Source: an uncultured Thermomicrobiales bacterium
GTDB lineage: Bacteria; Chloroflexota; Chloroflexia; Thermomicrobiales; UBA6265
Direction: 5' to 3'
Length of the DNA: 64,000 nucleotides
Assembly: GCA_964244115.1 (NCBI GenBank)
Contig: CAXTHM010000013.1
Location: 1,035 to 65,034 of the forward strand
Part shown: positions 19,302 to 30,190 of the stretch, piece by piece
Layout of the letters: the number at the start of each line of letters is the position of its first letter
Position numbering within the stretch: position 1 is the stretch's first letter
Notes under the pieces: generated by a model
The model's input: the letters and a program-made list of their open reading frames with translations, nothing else
Databases searched by the model: none
What the model was told of the DNA's origin: nothing
Position numbers and translations under genes: made by a program

Positions 19302-21046
19302 GCCAGCCACCGGCGACGGCCGGTGGTCCACCATCGACCCCGACGCTCCCGCCCCGTGTCGACACCCCGCCGAACGGCCATCAGCGGGGGGGCCGGAGCG
19401 GCGCGGTCGACGGCATCCAGACATCAGGCGATGGGACACCGGAGCCGGTCGACCGGTCGACGCCGACCGGTCGCCTCGTCAACCTCGCCGTCATCCTGAT
19501 GATCGGGACGGCGCTGAGCCGGCTCCTCGGGCTGGTCCGGGAGGCGGTGATCTCGTCCCGGTTCGGCAGCGGCGCCGAGACTGACGCCTTCGTCCTCGCC
19601 GACAACGTCCAGAGCACCATCTTCGAGCTGACCAGCAACGGCGTCCTCCAGGCGGCGATGATCCCGGCGCTGGCCGGTCTGATGCTGGCCTCCCGCGGCG
19701 GCGTGGCCGAAGTCCGCCGGGCGATGGGCGCCCTGCTGACGCTGATCCTGATCGCGACGCTGGTCATGACGGTGGCCGGGATCGTCTGGGCGCCGCTGGT
19801 CGTCGATGCCCTGACCGGACTCCTCGATGTCGGTGAGCCGCCCGATCGGGCCACGGTCGACCTCACGGTCGAGCTGGTCCGCTGGATCCTGCCGGCCGTC
19901 CCCTTGCTCGGACTCGGTTCGGTCCTGATGGCGGGACTGCATGCCGCTGGCCGTCCGGCCGCGCCGTCGCTTGGCTCGGCCACCCGGAACGCCGTCTTCA
20001 TCGCTACCGCTCTAGCGCTCTCGGCGGCGATCGGGATCGAGAGCCTCGCCCTCGGGACGGTCCTCGGCGCCCTCGCGATCGTCCTGATCCAGCTTCCCGC
20101 CCTCCGCCGGGTCGGGCTGCTCGTCCCGCCGAACCTGCACCTGCGCCACCCTGCTGTCGGGACGGTCGTGCGCCTCAGCATCCCCGTCACCGGCAGTCTC
20201 ATCATCACGACCGCGGTGCTGGTGGTCGACCGGAACCTCGCCAGCGGCGTCTCCGAGGGCACGGTCGCGGTGATGCGCTTCGCGACGACGCTGGTCCAGA
20301 CGGTACTCGGGCTCGTCGCGGCGGCGGTCGCCCTGGCCGCACTGCCATCGCTCTCACGTCACCATGAGGACGAGGACCCGGTCGCCTTCGCCCGGACCCT
20401 GCGTCGCGCGCTCGTCTTCGTCACCCTCCTGATCATCCCGGTCACGCTGATGCTGGCCGTGCTGTCGGAACCGGTGGTCCGGCTGATCTTCGAGCACGGG
20501 GACACGGACGTGGCAGCGGCCGGTCAGATCCGGAGGGCGCTCCTCGGCTACCTACCCGGCACGCTCGCCGCCGGCTACGCCCAGGTGCTGCTGTTCGCGT
20601 TCTACGCCCGGAAGAACACCCATCTCCCGCTGCTGATCACCGTGGTCGGGGCGGTCGGCTACGCCATCGCGGCCTTCGGGCTGGTCGGACCGCTCGGGAT
20701 GGTCGGCCTCGTGCTCGCCAACTCGATCCAGTGGGGCGTGACGCTGGTCGGCGCGCTCCTGCTTGGACGAAGCATCTTCCGGGGCTGGCGGGTCCTGCCC
20801 TGGCCGGTGATCGCCCTCAGCACCGTCGGTGGCCTGCTGAGTTCCGCGATCGCGTGGGGCGGCGGGATCGCGCTGAGCGGGGTGGACGACGATGCCGCGC
20901 TCACAAGGCGGCTCTTGACCCTCGTCCTCGCTGCCCTCGTTCTCACCGTGATCTACCCGGCGACGATCGCCGTCGGCGTTCGCTTCGCCGGAATCGAGAT
21001 CGAGGTTCCGGATCGGCTCAAACGGCTCCTGCGGCGCCCGTCGTAG
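19298..21046 (+). CDS. murJ: Lipid II flippase MurJ (MviN family)
   Basis: LSRLLGLVREAVISSRFGSGAETDAF and about 14 TM segments. GTG at 19298 is in frame with ORF 18899..21046. Confidence 0.85.
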   Translation: MSQPPATAGGPPSTPTLPPRVDTPPNGHQRGGRSGAVDGIQTSGDGTPEPVDRSTPTGRLVNLAVILMIGTALSRLLGLVREAVISSRFGSGAETDAFVLADNVQSTIFELTSNGVLQAAMIPALAGLMLASRGGVAEVRRAMGALLTLILIATLVMTVAGIVWAPLVVDALTGLLDVGEPPDRATVDLTVELVRWILPAVPLLGLGSVLMAGLHAAGRPAAPSLGSATRNAVFIATALALSAAIGIESLALGTVLGALAIVLIQLPALRRVGLLVPPNLHLRHPAVGTVVRLSIPVTGSLIITTAVLVVDRNLASGVSEGTVAVMRFATTLVQTVLGLVAAAVALAALPSLSRHHEDEDPVAFARTLRRALVFVTLLIIPVTLMLAVLSEPVVRLIFEHGDTDVAAAGQIRRALLGYLPGTLAAGYAQVLLFAFYARKNTHLPLLITVVGAVGYAIAAFGLVGPLGMVGLVLANSIQWGVTLVGALLLGRSIFRGWRVLPWPVIALSTVGGLLSSAIAWGGGIALSGVDDDAALTRRLLTLVLAALVLTVIYPATIAVGVRFAGIEIEVPDRLKRLLRRPS

Positions 21047-21096
21047 CGGCAACGCTTGCGAGCCATCGAAGATGGTCGGGTCATCGCCAATATGAT

Positions 21097-21128
21097 CCCC
21101 TTGCGGGGCGGTGGCGCCCGCGGGCGCC
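21097..21128. terminator. Candidate bidirectional terminator structures between convergent murJ and acs
   Basis: CCCCTTGCGGGG hairpin (21097-21108) and the perfect 16-bp palindrome GGCGCCCGCGGGCGCC (21113-21128). No U-tract. Confidence 0.3.
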
Positions 21129-21321
21129 GGGCTCGCTTCGCCCCTCCATGAACGGGCGCTCATCCCACCCCGTCAGGTCGAAACGTGAGCAACGAACGTC
21201 GGTTGTTGCCCTGCGGGGCGATGGCCGCCGCGGCGACCCGGATGGGGCCAGCGATGCGAGAGCCCCACCCCTTCGATTCGGCCGCCACGTCACGCTTTCG
21301 ATCCGTGAGTCGAGCAGACGC

Positions 21322-23307
<1,986 letters not shown>

Positions 23308-23469
23308 TCGCGTCTCCTGATTCATAGCCCGCATCGGCCCGCATCGGCTCACATCGCTCCTGTCGGGCGGTCGATCACACCGCCGAAGTATTCCACGTCC
23401 CCGGCCAAGGGGGACGCTGGCCGGCGTTCCCCTGTCATGTCCATCGCGGGCGTCGACTGACGAATCGGA

Positions 23470-24075
23470 CTACTGGTCCTTGACGGTCACGACGTTCTGG
23501 AGATTCCGCTGCCGGATCCGGTCGGCGAAGGATGTCGGCGGGGCGACGTCCTCGACGAGGAGATCGTCGTCGTCATCCATGTCGTCGGAGCCGTCAGCCG
23601 GCTTGGGATGCGCCTCGTGCTCCGGCAGCACCCAGGAGGTCGTCGGCTTGATGATCCACGGCATCACGAAGGTCTCGGTCGAGCGGACGCCGTCGATGGA
23701 CGATAGCTTCTCGGTCAGGAGTCCGACGAGGTCCTCCTGCGACTCGACGATGATGTGGATCATGATGTCGAAGTTGCCGGTCAGGAAGGCGGCGAACGTG
23801 ACCTCGTTCATCGCCCGGAGCTGGTCGGCGATCTCCTCCAGCCGGTGGAGATCGACACGGAGGCCGATCATGGCCCGGAGCTCGTAGCCCAGTTTGCTCG
23901 GCTCAGCGACCATCGCGAACTCGATCACGCCGCGCTGCTGGAGACGATCCATCCGCCGCCGGACCGTCGATTCCGGCGTCCCGGTCGCCCGGCTGAGTTC
24001 CGCATAGGACATCCGGGCGTTGCGCTGGAGCAGACGGATGATCGCGCGGTCGGTATCGTTGACGCTTCGTGCCAT
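23470..24075 (-). CDS. Lrp/AsnC-family transcriptional regulator with an acidic C-terminal tail
   Basis: HTH DRAIIRLLQRNARMSYAELSRATGTPESTVRRRMDRLQQRGVI, an AsnC-type ligand domain, then the tail DGSDDMDDDDDLL. Confidence 0.85.
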   Translation of the reverse strand: MARSVNDTDRAIIRLLQRNARMSYAELSRATGTPESTVRRRMDRLQQRGVIEFAMVAEPSKLGYELRAMIGLRVDLHRLEEIADQLRAMNEVTFAAFLTGNFDIMIHIIVESQEDLVGLLTEKLSSIDGVRSTETFVMPWIIKPTTSWVLPEHEAHPKPADGSDDMDDDDDLLVEDVAPPTSFADRIRQRNLQNVVTVKDQ

Positions 24076-24375
24076 GCGGGGTTCCTCAGGTATCGGCGAC
24101 GGGTAAGATCGACCGACGTGGTGGACAGGGATCGGGAATGAACTGACCGCTCGCCGGATGCAGACAACGGTTCGCCCGGTCGGGGCACGATCGGCCGGGG
24201 GTTTCCCGGACGGGTGTCCAGCGATTCAGAACGGTCCGACAGACAAGGCGGCTCTCGCGAGAGTGGCGAAAGGCAGCACACAGCCTACCAGAAATGACGC
24301 GCTCCGTCGTCCCACCCGACGATCGGATACCTGACCTCCGCCGATCGGGTGTCGTGCGCGTGTCGACGTGACTCC

Positions 24376-24404
24376 CTGACAAGAAAATGTCCGTACACTA
24401 TGTA
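24376..24404 (+). promoter_or_regulatory. Candidate sigma-70-type promoter (cTGACA-17-TATGTA) with a GTACA-n3-TGTAC inverted repeat
   Basis: Sequence CTGACAAGAAAATGTCCGTACACTATGTA, about 225 nt upstream of the CDS at 24629. Confidence 0.3.
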
Positions 24405-24628
24405 CGATCGATGGTGTAAACCGTTCGAAACGGGTAGCCATGTTGGCGCGAAGTTGCTATTCTCACCTCGGGGATGGGGCAGGGGTCGTCTCGATCACGC
24501 TCCGGCCGGTCGCCAGCCGAAGGAAATCGGGTCCCCTCAACGGGAACCCAAGCCCTTCTGCCGGTATCGACCGTCATTCGGAGGGTGGTGCTCGATCGGA
24601 GTACCGACCATCTACGGGGGATTTCAGC

Positions 24629-25681
24629 ATGCGTCGACGGTTCATCCTGCCAGTGATCACCGCATTGGTCCTGTCCATGGGCGGCGCATCGCTGGCCCCC
24701 TCGTCGTCCTCGGCGAGCGCACGGTCCGTCAACGCCTGGGTAACGGTCAAGAGCGTCAGCCCGGCGGTCGGCTGCGTGATCCCGGTCGCGATCGAGGTCC
24801 GGGAGTCCGGTCAGCCGCTGTCGGGGGTTGACATCCTCACCGGGCTGGTCGTCGACGGCGCGGTCTACGCCTCCGAACGAGCCGCGACCGGGACCGACGG
24901 GGTCGGCTACGTCGATGTCGACACCAGCGGTGCCTACGCCGGCGGCGACGCCCGGATCGAGGTCAACCTGGCCGGGTCCTTCATCGGCCACGTCGCGGTG
25001 ACGCTGAACGACGGCGGTGGCTGCGAGAGCGCGACGTCCGTCCTCGACGCCCCGGCCCAGATCTGGTGGACCGAGCCGGCCGCGGCGGCCGTCGAGCCGG
25101 TCGCCGCCGGGACCGGGACGACCGCGACCAGCGGGGCCAGCATCCCGGTGCCGAACTATGTCCAGCAGCGCAACCTGAGCTGCGAGTACGCCTCGCTGCA
25201 GATCGCGACCGGCGCCTTCGGCGGCGGGATCAGCGAGTACGCCTTCGACAGCGTCGTCGGCTGGAGCGAGAACCCGCACTACGGGTACCGCGGGGACATC
25301 ACCGGCTGGTGGGGCAACACGGTGGACTACGGCGTCTACGTCGAACCGCTCGCCGCCGCCCTCCCCCAGTTCGGTTTCTATGGAGAAGCGTTCTACGGGC
25401 AGGGGAACTCGGCCGCGCTGACCAACCGCCTGGACGCGGGATCGCCAGTCCTCGTCTACCTGGGACTCTGGGGCGACACCGGCTTCTACGAGACCGGGTC
25501 CGACGGCAGCACCTACCTCCTCGTGCCGGGCTATCACGTCGTCGTCGCCTACGGATACGACCAGAGCGGCGTCTACGTGTCCGATCCGGCCATCGGCTCC
25601 AGCCGGTTCTACGACTGGGGCACGTTCATGTCGATGTGGAATGTGATGGACGGGATGGCCCTGGCGGTGAGTCCAGCCTAG
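24629..25681 (+). CDS. Secreted protein with a C-terminal peptidase C39-like (C39_2) cysteine peptidase domain
   Basis: Signal peptide MRRRFILPVITALVLSMGGASLA. Candidate catalytic Cys in QQRNLSCEYASLQIA and His in PGYHVVVAYGYD. Confidence 0.65.
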   Translation: MRRRFILPVITALVLSMGGASLAPSSSSASARSVNAWVTVKSVSPAVGCVIPVAIEVRESGQPLSGVDILTGLVVDGAVYASERAATGTDGVGYVDVDTSGAYAGGDARIEVNLAGSFIGHVAVTLNDGGGCESATSVLDAPAQIWWTEPAAAAVEPVAAGTGTTATSGASIPVPNYVQQRNLSCEYASLQIATGAFGGGISEYAFDSVVGWSENPHYGYRGDITGWWGNTVDYGVYVEPLAAALPQFGFYGEAFYGQGNSAALTNRLDAGSPVLVYLGLWGDTGFYETGSDGSTYLLVPGYHVVVAYGYDQSGVYVSDPAIGSSRFYDWGTFMSMWNVMDGMALAVSPA

Positions 25682-25843
25682 GCCGGACGTCGAACCGAGC
25701 GGCAACAGGGACGGCCCGGGCGAAATGCCCGGGCCGTCCCTGTTGCCGTCGACCCGATCCCGTGGTCTGCTGTCGCAGACGATCGAACCGGACCCGGACG
25801 CATCGCCGTGGACCGGATCTTCACCGATATGAAGGGATCAGCA

Positions 25844-26755
25844 ATGGCAGACACAGGGCCAGGGACGACGGTGGGATTCATCGGCCTCGGGATCATGGGG
25901 CGGCCGATGGCCCGGAATCTCGTCGAGGCCGGCTTCCGGCTCGTGATCCATAACCGCAGCCGCGACGTCGTGGACGAGCTGACCGCCGAGAGCGATGCCT
26001 TCACGGCCGCCGGGTCCCCTCGGGAGGTCGCCGAACGTGCTGACATCGTGATCACGATGCTGCCGGACACCCCGGACGTCGAGCGGGTCGTGGCCGGTGA
26101 CGACGGCGTCCTCGGGGCGGCCCGGCCGGGACTCCTCGTGATCGACATGAGCACGATCGCGCCGGCGGCGGCGATCCGGCTCGGCGAAGGACTGGCGGCG
26201 GCGGGCGCCTCGCTGCTCGACGCGCCGGTCAGCGGCGGCGAGGCCGGGGCGATCGCGGGCTCCCTGAGCATCATGGCCGGCGGCTCCGCCGCGGATTTCG
26301 AGCGGGCCCAGCCGGTCTTCGCGGCGCTCGGCCGGACGATCGTTCACGTCGGCGGTCCCGGTGCCGGGCAGACGGTCAAGATGTGCAACCAGATCGCGGT
26401 CGCCGTGAACCTGGCCGGGATGAGCGAGGCGCTCGTGCTCGGCGCCCGGGCCGGCGTCGACCCGGCGAAGATCATCGAGGTGCTGCGCGGCGGGCTGGCC
26501 GGCAGCCGGGTGATGGAGCTCAAGGCCGGCGCGATGATCGACCACGCCTTCGCCCCCGGTTTCCGGGTGGAGCTCCACCGCAAGGATCTCCGGATCGCCC
26601 GGGCCAGCGCCAGCCAGCAGCATGTCGCGCTCCCCGTCTCGGCCGTCGTCGCCGAGCTGTTCGAGTCCCTTGCCGCCAACGGTCACGACACCGACGACCA
26701 TTCCAGTCTGATCACCGCGATCGAACAGCTGTCCGGGTTCAGCCTGACGGCGTAG
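25844..26755 (+). CDS. NAD(P)-dependent beta-hydroxyacid dehydrogenase (tartronate semialdehyde / 3-hydroxyisobutyrate dehydrogenase family)
   Basis: VGFIGLGIMGRPMARNL Rossmann motif and a 6PGDH-like C-terminal domain. Confidence 0.85.
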   Translation: MADTGPGTTVGFIGLGIMGRPMARNLVEAGFRLVIHNRSRDVVDELTAESDAFTAAGSPREVAERADIVITMLPDTPDVERVVAGDDGVLGAARPGLLVIDMSTIAPAAAIRLGEGLAAAGASLLDAPVSGGEAGAIAGSLSIMAGGSAADFERAQPVFAALGRTIVHVGGPGAGQTVKMCNQIAVAVNLAGMSEALVLGARAGVDPAKIIEVLRGGLAGSRVMELKAGAMIDHAFAPGFRVELHRKDLRIARASASQQHVALPVSAVVAELFESLAANGHDTDDHSSLITAIEQLSGFSLTA

Positions 26756-26922
26756 AGCGCCTACCGGGAGAACGGGGAGTGCCACGGCTGGGCGTCGGCT
26801 GTCTTCGGCTGTCTTCGTCGGCGATGGCGTCCAATATGCTTCGTATTCGAGTCAGTATGGGTGGACTGCGAAGTCCTCCGGTTAGGCCCCCCCTCACCCC
26901 GCCGCCCCAAGGAGAGAGCATC

Positions 26923-27354
26923 ATGGTGCGCACCATCGCCGAATCCCTCTACGTCACGACCGCCACCGTCACGGGCGGGCGCAGCGGCCACGCCCGGACG
27001 GACGACGGCCTGCTCAACCTCGAGCTGAGCGGACCGAAGGAGACCGGCGGTCCCGGCACCGGCACGAACCCGGAGCAACTGTTCGCGGCGGGCTACGGCG
27101 CCTGCTTCCAGAGCGCCCTGACCAGCGTCGGCCGGGCGCATGACATCGACACGACGGAGTCGACCGTCGTCTCCACGGTCACCCTGGGCAAGGCCGAGGA
27201 CCACGGCTACGGCCTGGCCGTCACGCTCCGCGTCAGCATCCCGGGCGTCGATGAGGTCATGACGAAGACGCTGATCGAAGAGACCCACAAGGTCTGCCCG
27301 TACTCGCGAGCCATCGACGGGAACGTCGCCGTCACGCTGGAGGCCGGCTCCTGA
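26923..27354 (+). CDS. Ohr/OsmC-family organic hydroperoxide resistance protein
   Basis: 143 aa. Conserved Cys pair in GYGACF and KVCPYS. AAGGAGAG RBS at 26909-26916. Confidence 0.85.
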   Translation: MVRTIAESLYVTTATVTGGRSGHARTDDGLLNLELSGPKETGGPGTGTNPEQLFAAGYGACFQSALTSVGRAHDIDTTESTVVSTVTLGKAEDHGYGLAVTLRVSIPGVDEVMTKTLIEETHKVCPYSRAIDGNVAVTLEAGS

Positions 27355-27459
27355 CCGACCCGCCCCCGCCAGGATGCGTCGATGGCGAAGGGTGCGGCTC
27401 GGTCATACGCTCGCGAACGTCGAGCCGTGTCGACGGCGATGGATGAGGGAGGAAGACCG

Positions 27460-28449
27460 ATGGCGAAACGACTCGGGCTAGGGATCGACTACGGCGGCAC
27501 CAAGATCCTGGCGGCCGTCGTGGACATCGATACGGGCGAGGTGCTCGGCACGTCCAAGAAGAAATCACGTGCCGTCGACTCGTCGGATGAACTCCTCCGG
27601 CGCCTCTACGATCTCGGTGACGCGGCCCTGCGGGACGCCGGGATCGGCCCGGATGCGCTGAGCGGCATCGGCGTCGGGATCGCCGGACAGGTCGACGCCG
27701 CGCGGGGCATCCTGCTCGGCACCCCCAACCTCAGCCAGGCGACGGTCGACCTGCCGCTGGCGGCCGCGTTGACCGCCCACTTCGGCGTCCCGACCGCGCT
27801 GCGCAACGATGTCCAGATCGCCGCTTCCGGCGAACTCCACTTCGGCGCCGGCAAGGGTGTCGGCGACTTCCTCTGCGTCTTCGTCGGGACCGGCATCGGC
27901 GGCGCGATCGTCCAGAACGGTGAGCTCGTCACTGGCGCGACGGCGACGGCCGGCGAGATCGGGCACCTCGTCATCCAGGCCGACGGCCGGCTCTGCGGCT
28001 GCGGTGGCCGCGGCCACCTGGAGGCCTATGCCTCCCGGACCGCGATCACTCGCTCACTGCTCGGCGATCTCAAGCGCGGCCGAGCATCGATCCTGACGGA
28101 CCTGCTCCCCACACCCTCCGAGGACGCGCCGGGCGGGACGGCGATCCGCTCCGGCATCCTGGCGAAGGCGGTCGCCGCCGACGACCCGCTGGTCTCCGAG
28201 ACGATCATCCAGGCCGGACATTACCTCGGGCTGGGGATGGCTTCGGCGATCAACCTGCTCAACCCGACCCGGATCATCATGGGCGGCGGCGTGATCGAGG
28301 CCGTCGACCGGCTGTTCGAGGTCGCCAGCACCCACGCCCGGCGTGAGGCGCTGCCCGTCCCCGGCGCCGGGGTCGACATCGTCAAGGCGGAACTCGGCGA
28401 CAACGCCGGTGTGATCGGCGCGGCGCTGATCGGCGTCCATGCCGCCTGA
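27460..28449 (+). CDS. ROK-family sugar kinase (glucokinase-like)
   Basis: GIDYGGTKI ATP motif and the ROK Zn motif GHLVIQADGRLCGCGGRGHLE. GAGGGAGG RBS. Confidence 0.85.
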   Translation: MAKRLGLGIDYGGTKILAAVVDIDTGEVLGTSKKKSRAVDSSDELLRRLYDLGDAALRDAGIGPDALSGIGVGIAGQVDAARGILLGTPNLSQATVDLPLAAALTAHFGVPTALRNDVQIAASGELHFGAGKGVGDFLCVFVGTGIGGAIVQNGELVTGATATAGEIGHLVIQADGRLCGCGGRGHLEAYASRTAITRSLLGDLKRGRASILTDLLPTPSEDAPGGTAIRSGILAKAVAADDPLVSETIIQAGHYLGLGMASAINLLNPTRIIMGGGVIEAVDRLFEVASTHARREALPVPGAGVDIVKAELGDNAGVIGAALIGVHAA

Positions 28450-28638
28450 TCCCAGGTCTGACGCACGATCGGCGGGGGTCGCCGGCCGACCCCGTGCTAA
28501 ACTCCGCAGTGGTGAGGTTCGGCAACCATTCTGATTGTTCTCCTCCGCGTCTGGCAATCCCTTTCCCGGTTCCCATCCCCATAAGACGCGGCCGACGCTG
28601 GGCCGGAATTCCCGGTCGAACACGCGGTCAGCCCGGAG

Positions 28639-29991
28639 TTGTCCGGACGGACCAGAAGTCATACAGGTGAGATCGTGGACAATCGATCGTCGTCGATGGG
28701 CAGGGGCGACGGCCCCGACCGCCGGGTCCAGCCCGGTTACCGCCCGGTGCCGCCGCGTGTCAACCGGGGTCCGCGTCCCGGGGACGGCCCCAATCCGGCC
28801 AACCAGCCCGGCGGTCCGGGCGGGTTCAGCAACGAAGTCGCCGTCTTCGTCGACTTCGAGAATATTCGGTACTCCACGATCAACAGTTATGGTCGCGAGC
28901 CGGACCCGATCGCCTGGCGCGACAAGGCGCTCAAGTACGGGCTGATGGGTGTCGCCCGGGCGTACGCCGACTTCGACCAGCACCCGGTCCAGGTCCGGAT
29001 GCGGCTCGACGTGGCCGGCTTCGAGGCGCAGCACTATCCTGCCAAGCGCTCGACCGACGCCAGCGGCCGCGAGAAGATCGAGTCCCGCTCCGATCTCAAT
29101 TTCGCGATTGACATCATCAACACGGCCCTGACGCGCCCGGACATCCAGACGTTCCTGCTCTTCACCGGCGACAAGGACTTCATCCGCCTCGTGACGAGCC
29201 TGCGCAACCGGCTGGGCAAGCGGATCATCATCTGCGGCGTGCCGGGCTCGGTCAGCCCCGACCTGGTCGCGGCCGCCGGCGAGGAGGACCCGCTCCAGAT
29301 CGCGCAATCGGCCGAGGTCGACGCCGATGTGATCCGGGCGATCGCGGCCTACATCGATCAGCTCCACGACGGCTTCGTCCCGACCCAGAGCCACATGAGC
29401 CGGACGCTCTGGCGGTTCCTCGACCGGATGATCCTGCCCTCCGAGCACATCGAAGCCAAGGTGATGGAGTTCCTCCGCAAGGGGGTCCTGACCAAGCGGC
29501 CGACGATCAACGGCCAGGGGCAGGAACTCGTCACGACCGAGCTCAACATCTCGCACCCGCTCGTCCAGGAGACGCTTGGCATCTCGCCGCTGCCGCCGGA
29601 GTACGAAGCCGAGGCGGAGTACGACGAGTACAGTGAGGCCGAACCCGAACCCGCCGGCGCCACCTACGGGCAGGATGCCTACCGAGCCGGGCCGCAGTAC
29701 GCCGATCCGTACGATGACGACCCCCGGCCGCTGCTCACCGACCAGCCCGCCCGTGACGGAGACCAGCCGGCGAACGGGTACGCGAACCCGGTGGCCTACA
29801 CCGATGACGATGAGTACGGCGACGACTACGACGAGGAGGAGGACGAGGCCAGCGAACCCGGACCCGGAGCGTCGGCCTACGCCGCATCAGACGATCAGAA
29901 CGACCGTGATGACGGTTACGGGTACCACCACGAGCATGGGCACGATCATCACCAGCCGGATGAGCACACCGGCGCTAACGCCGACAAGTAA
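28639..29991 (+). CDS. NYN-domain (LabA/DUF88-like) putative RNase with a long acidic disordered C-terminal tail
   Basis: VAVFVDFENI...SDLNFAIDIINTA...LLFTGDKDFIRLV is typical of the NYN/LabA fold. The tail is rich in D/E/Y/H. The start is uncertain. Confidence 0.7.
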   Translation: MSGRTRSHTGEIVDNRSSSMGRGDGPDRRVQPGYRPVPPRVNRGPRPGDGPNPANQPGGPGGFSNEVAVFVDFENIRYSTINSYGREPDPIAWRDKALKYGLMGVARAYADFDQHPVQVRMRLDVAGFEAQHYPAKRSTDASGREKIESRSDLNFAIDIINTALTRPDIQTFLLFTGDKDFIRLVTSLRNRLGKRIIICGVPGSVSPDLVAAAGEEDPLQIAQSAEVDADVIRAIAAYIDQLHDGFVPTQSHMSRTLWRFLDRMILPSEHIEAKVMEFLRKGVLTKRPTINGQGQELVTTELNISHPLVQETLGISPLPPEYEAEAEYDEYSEAEPEPAGATYGQDAYRAGPQYADPYDDDPRPLLTDQPARDGDQPANGYANPVAYTDDDEYGDDYDEEEDEASEPGPGASAYAASDDQNDRDDGYGYHHEHGHDHHQPDEHTGANADK

Positions 29992-30014
29992 CCCGGTCCC
30001 ATCGGATCACCAGA

Positions 30015-30043
30015 ACGCCCCCGCCGGAAACTGGCGGGGGCGT
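30015..30043. terminator. Bidirectional terminator hairpin between the NYN gene and crtI
   Basis: ACGCCCCCGCC-GGAAACT-GGCGGGGGCGT. Confidence 0.5.
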
Positions 30044-30190
30044 CCTCGTTCACCGATACGACCGGGCGGCGGAGAGTCCAGGCAGTCGCTCCCTGGCTGA
30101 TTCCCCACTACGGTGCTCACGCCGGAAGAGGGGAGCGGACCTCGTCCTCGAAGCCAGTTGCGTCGCGCTGGGCGTGATGTAAACCCTCAA

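Noticed and set aside
21081-21290. Possible seventh, degenerate copy of the X-type repeat in the murJ/acs convergent gap.
   Set aside because: Only 8-10-mer matches (GTGGCGGC, GCGAAGCGAG) and no collinear block order that I could verify.
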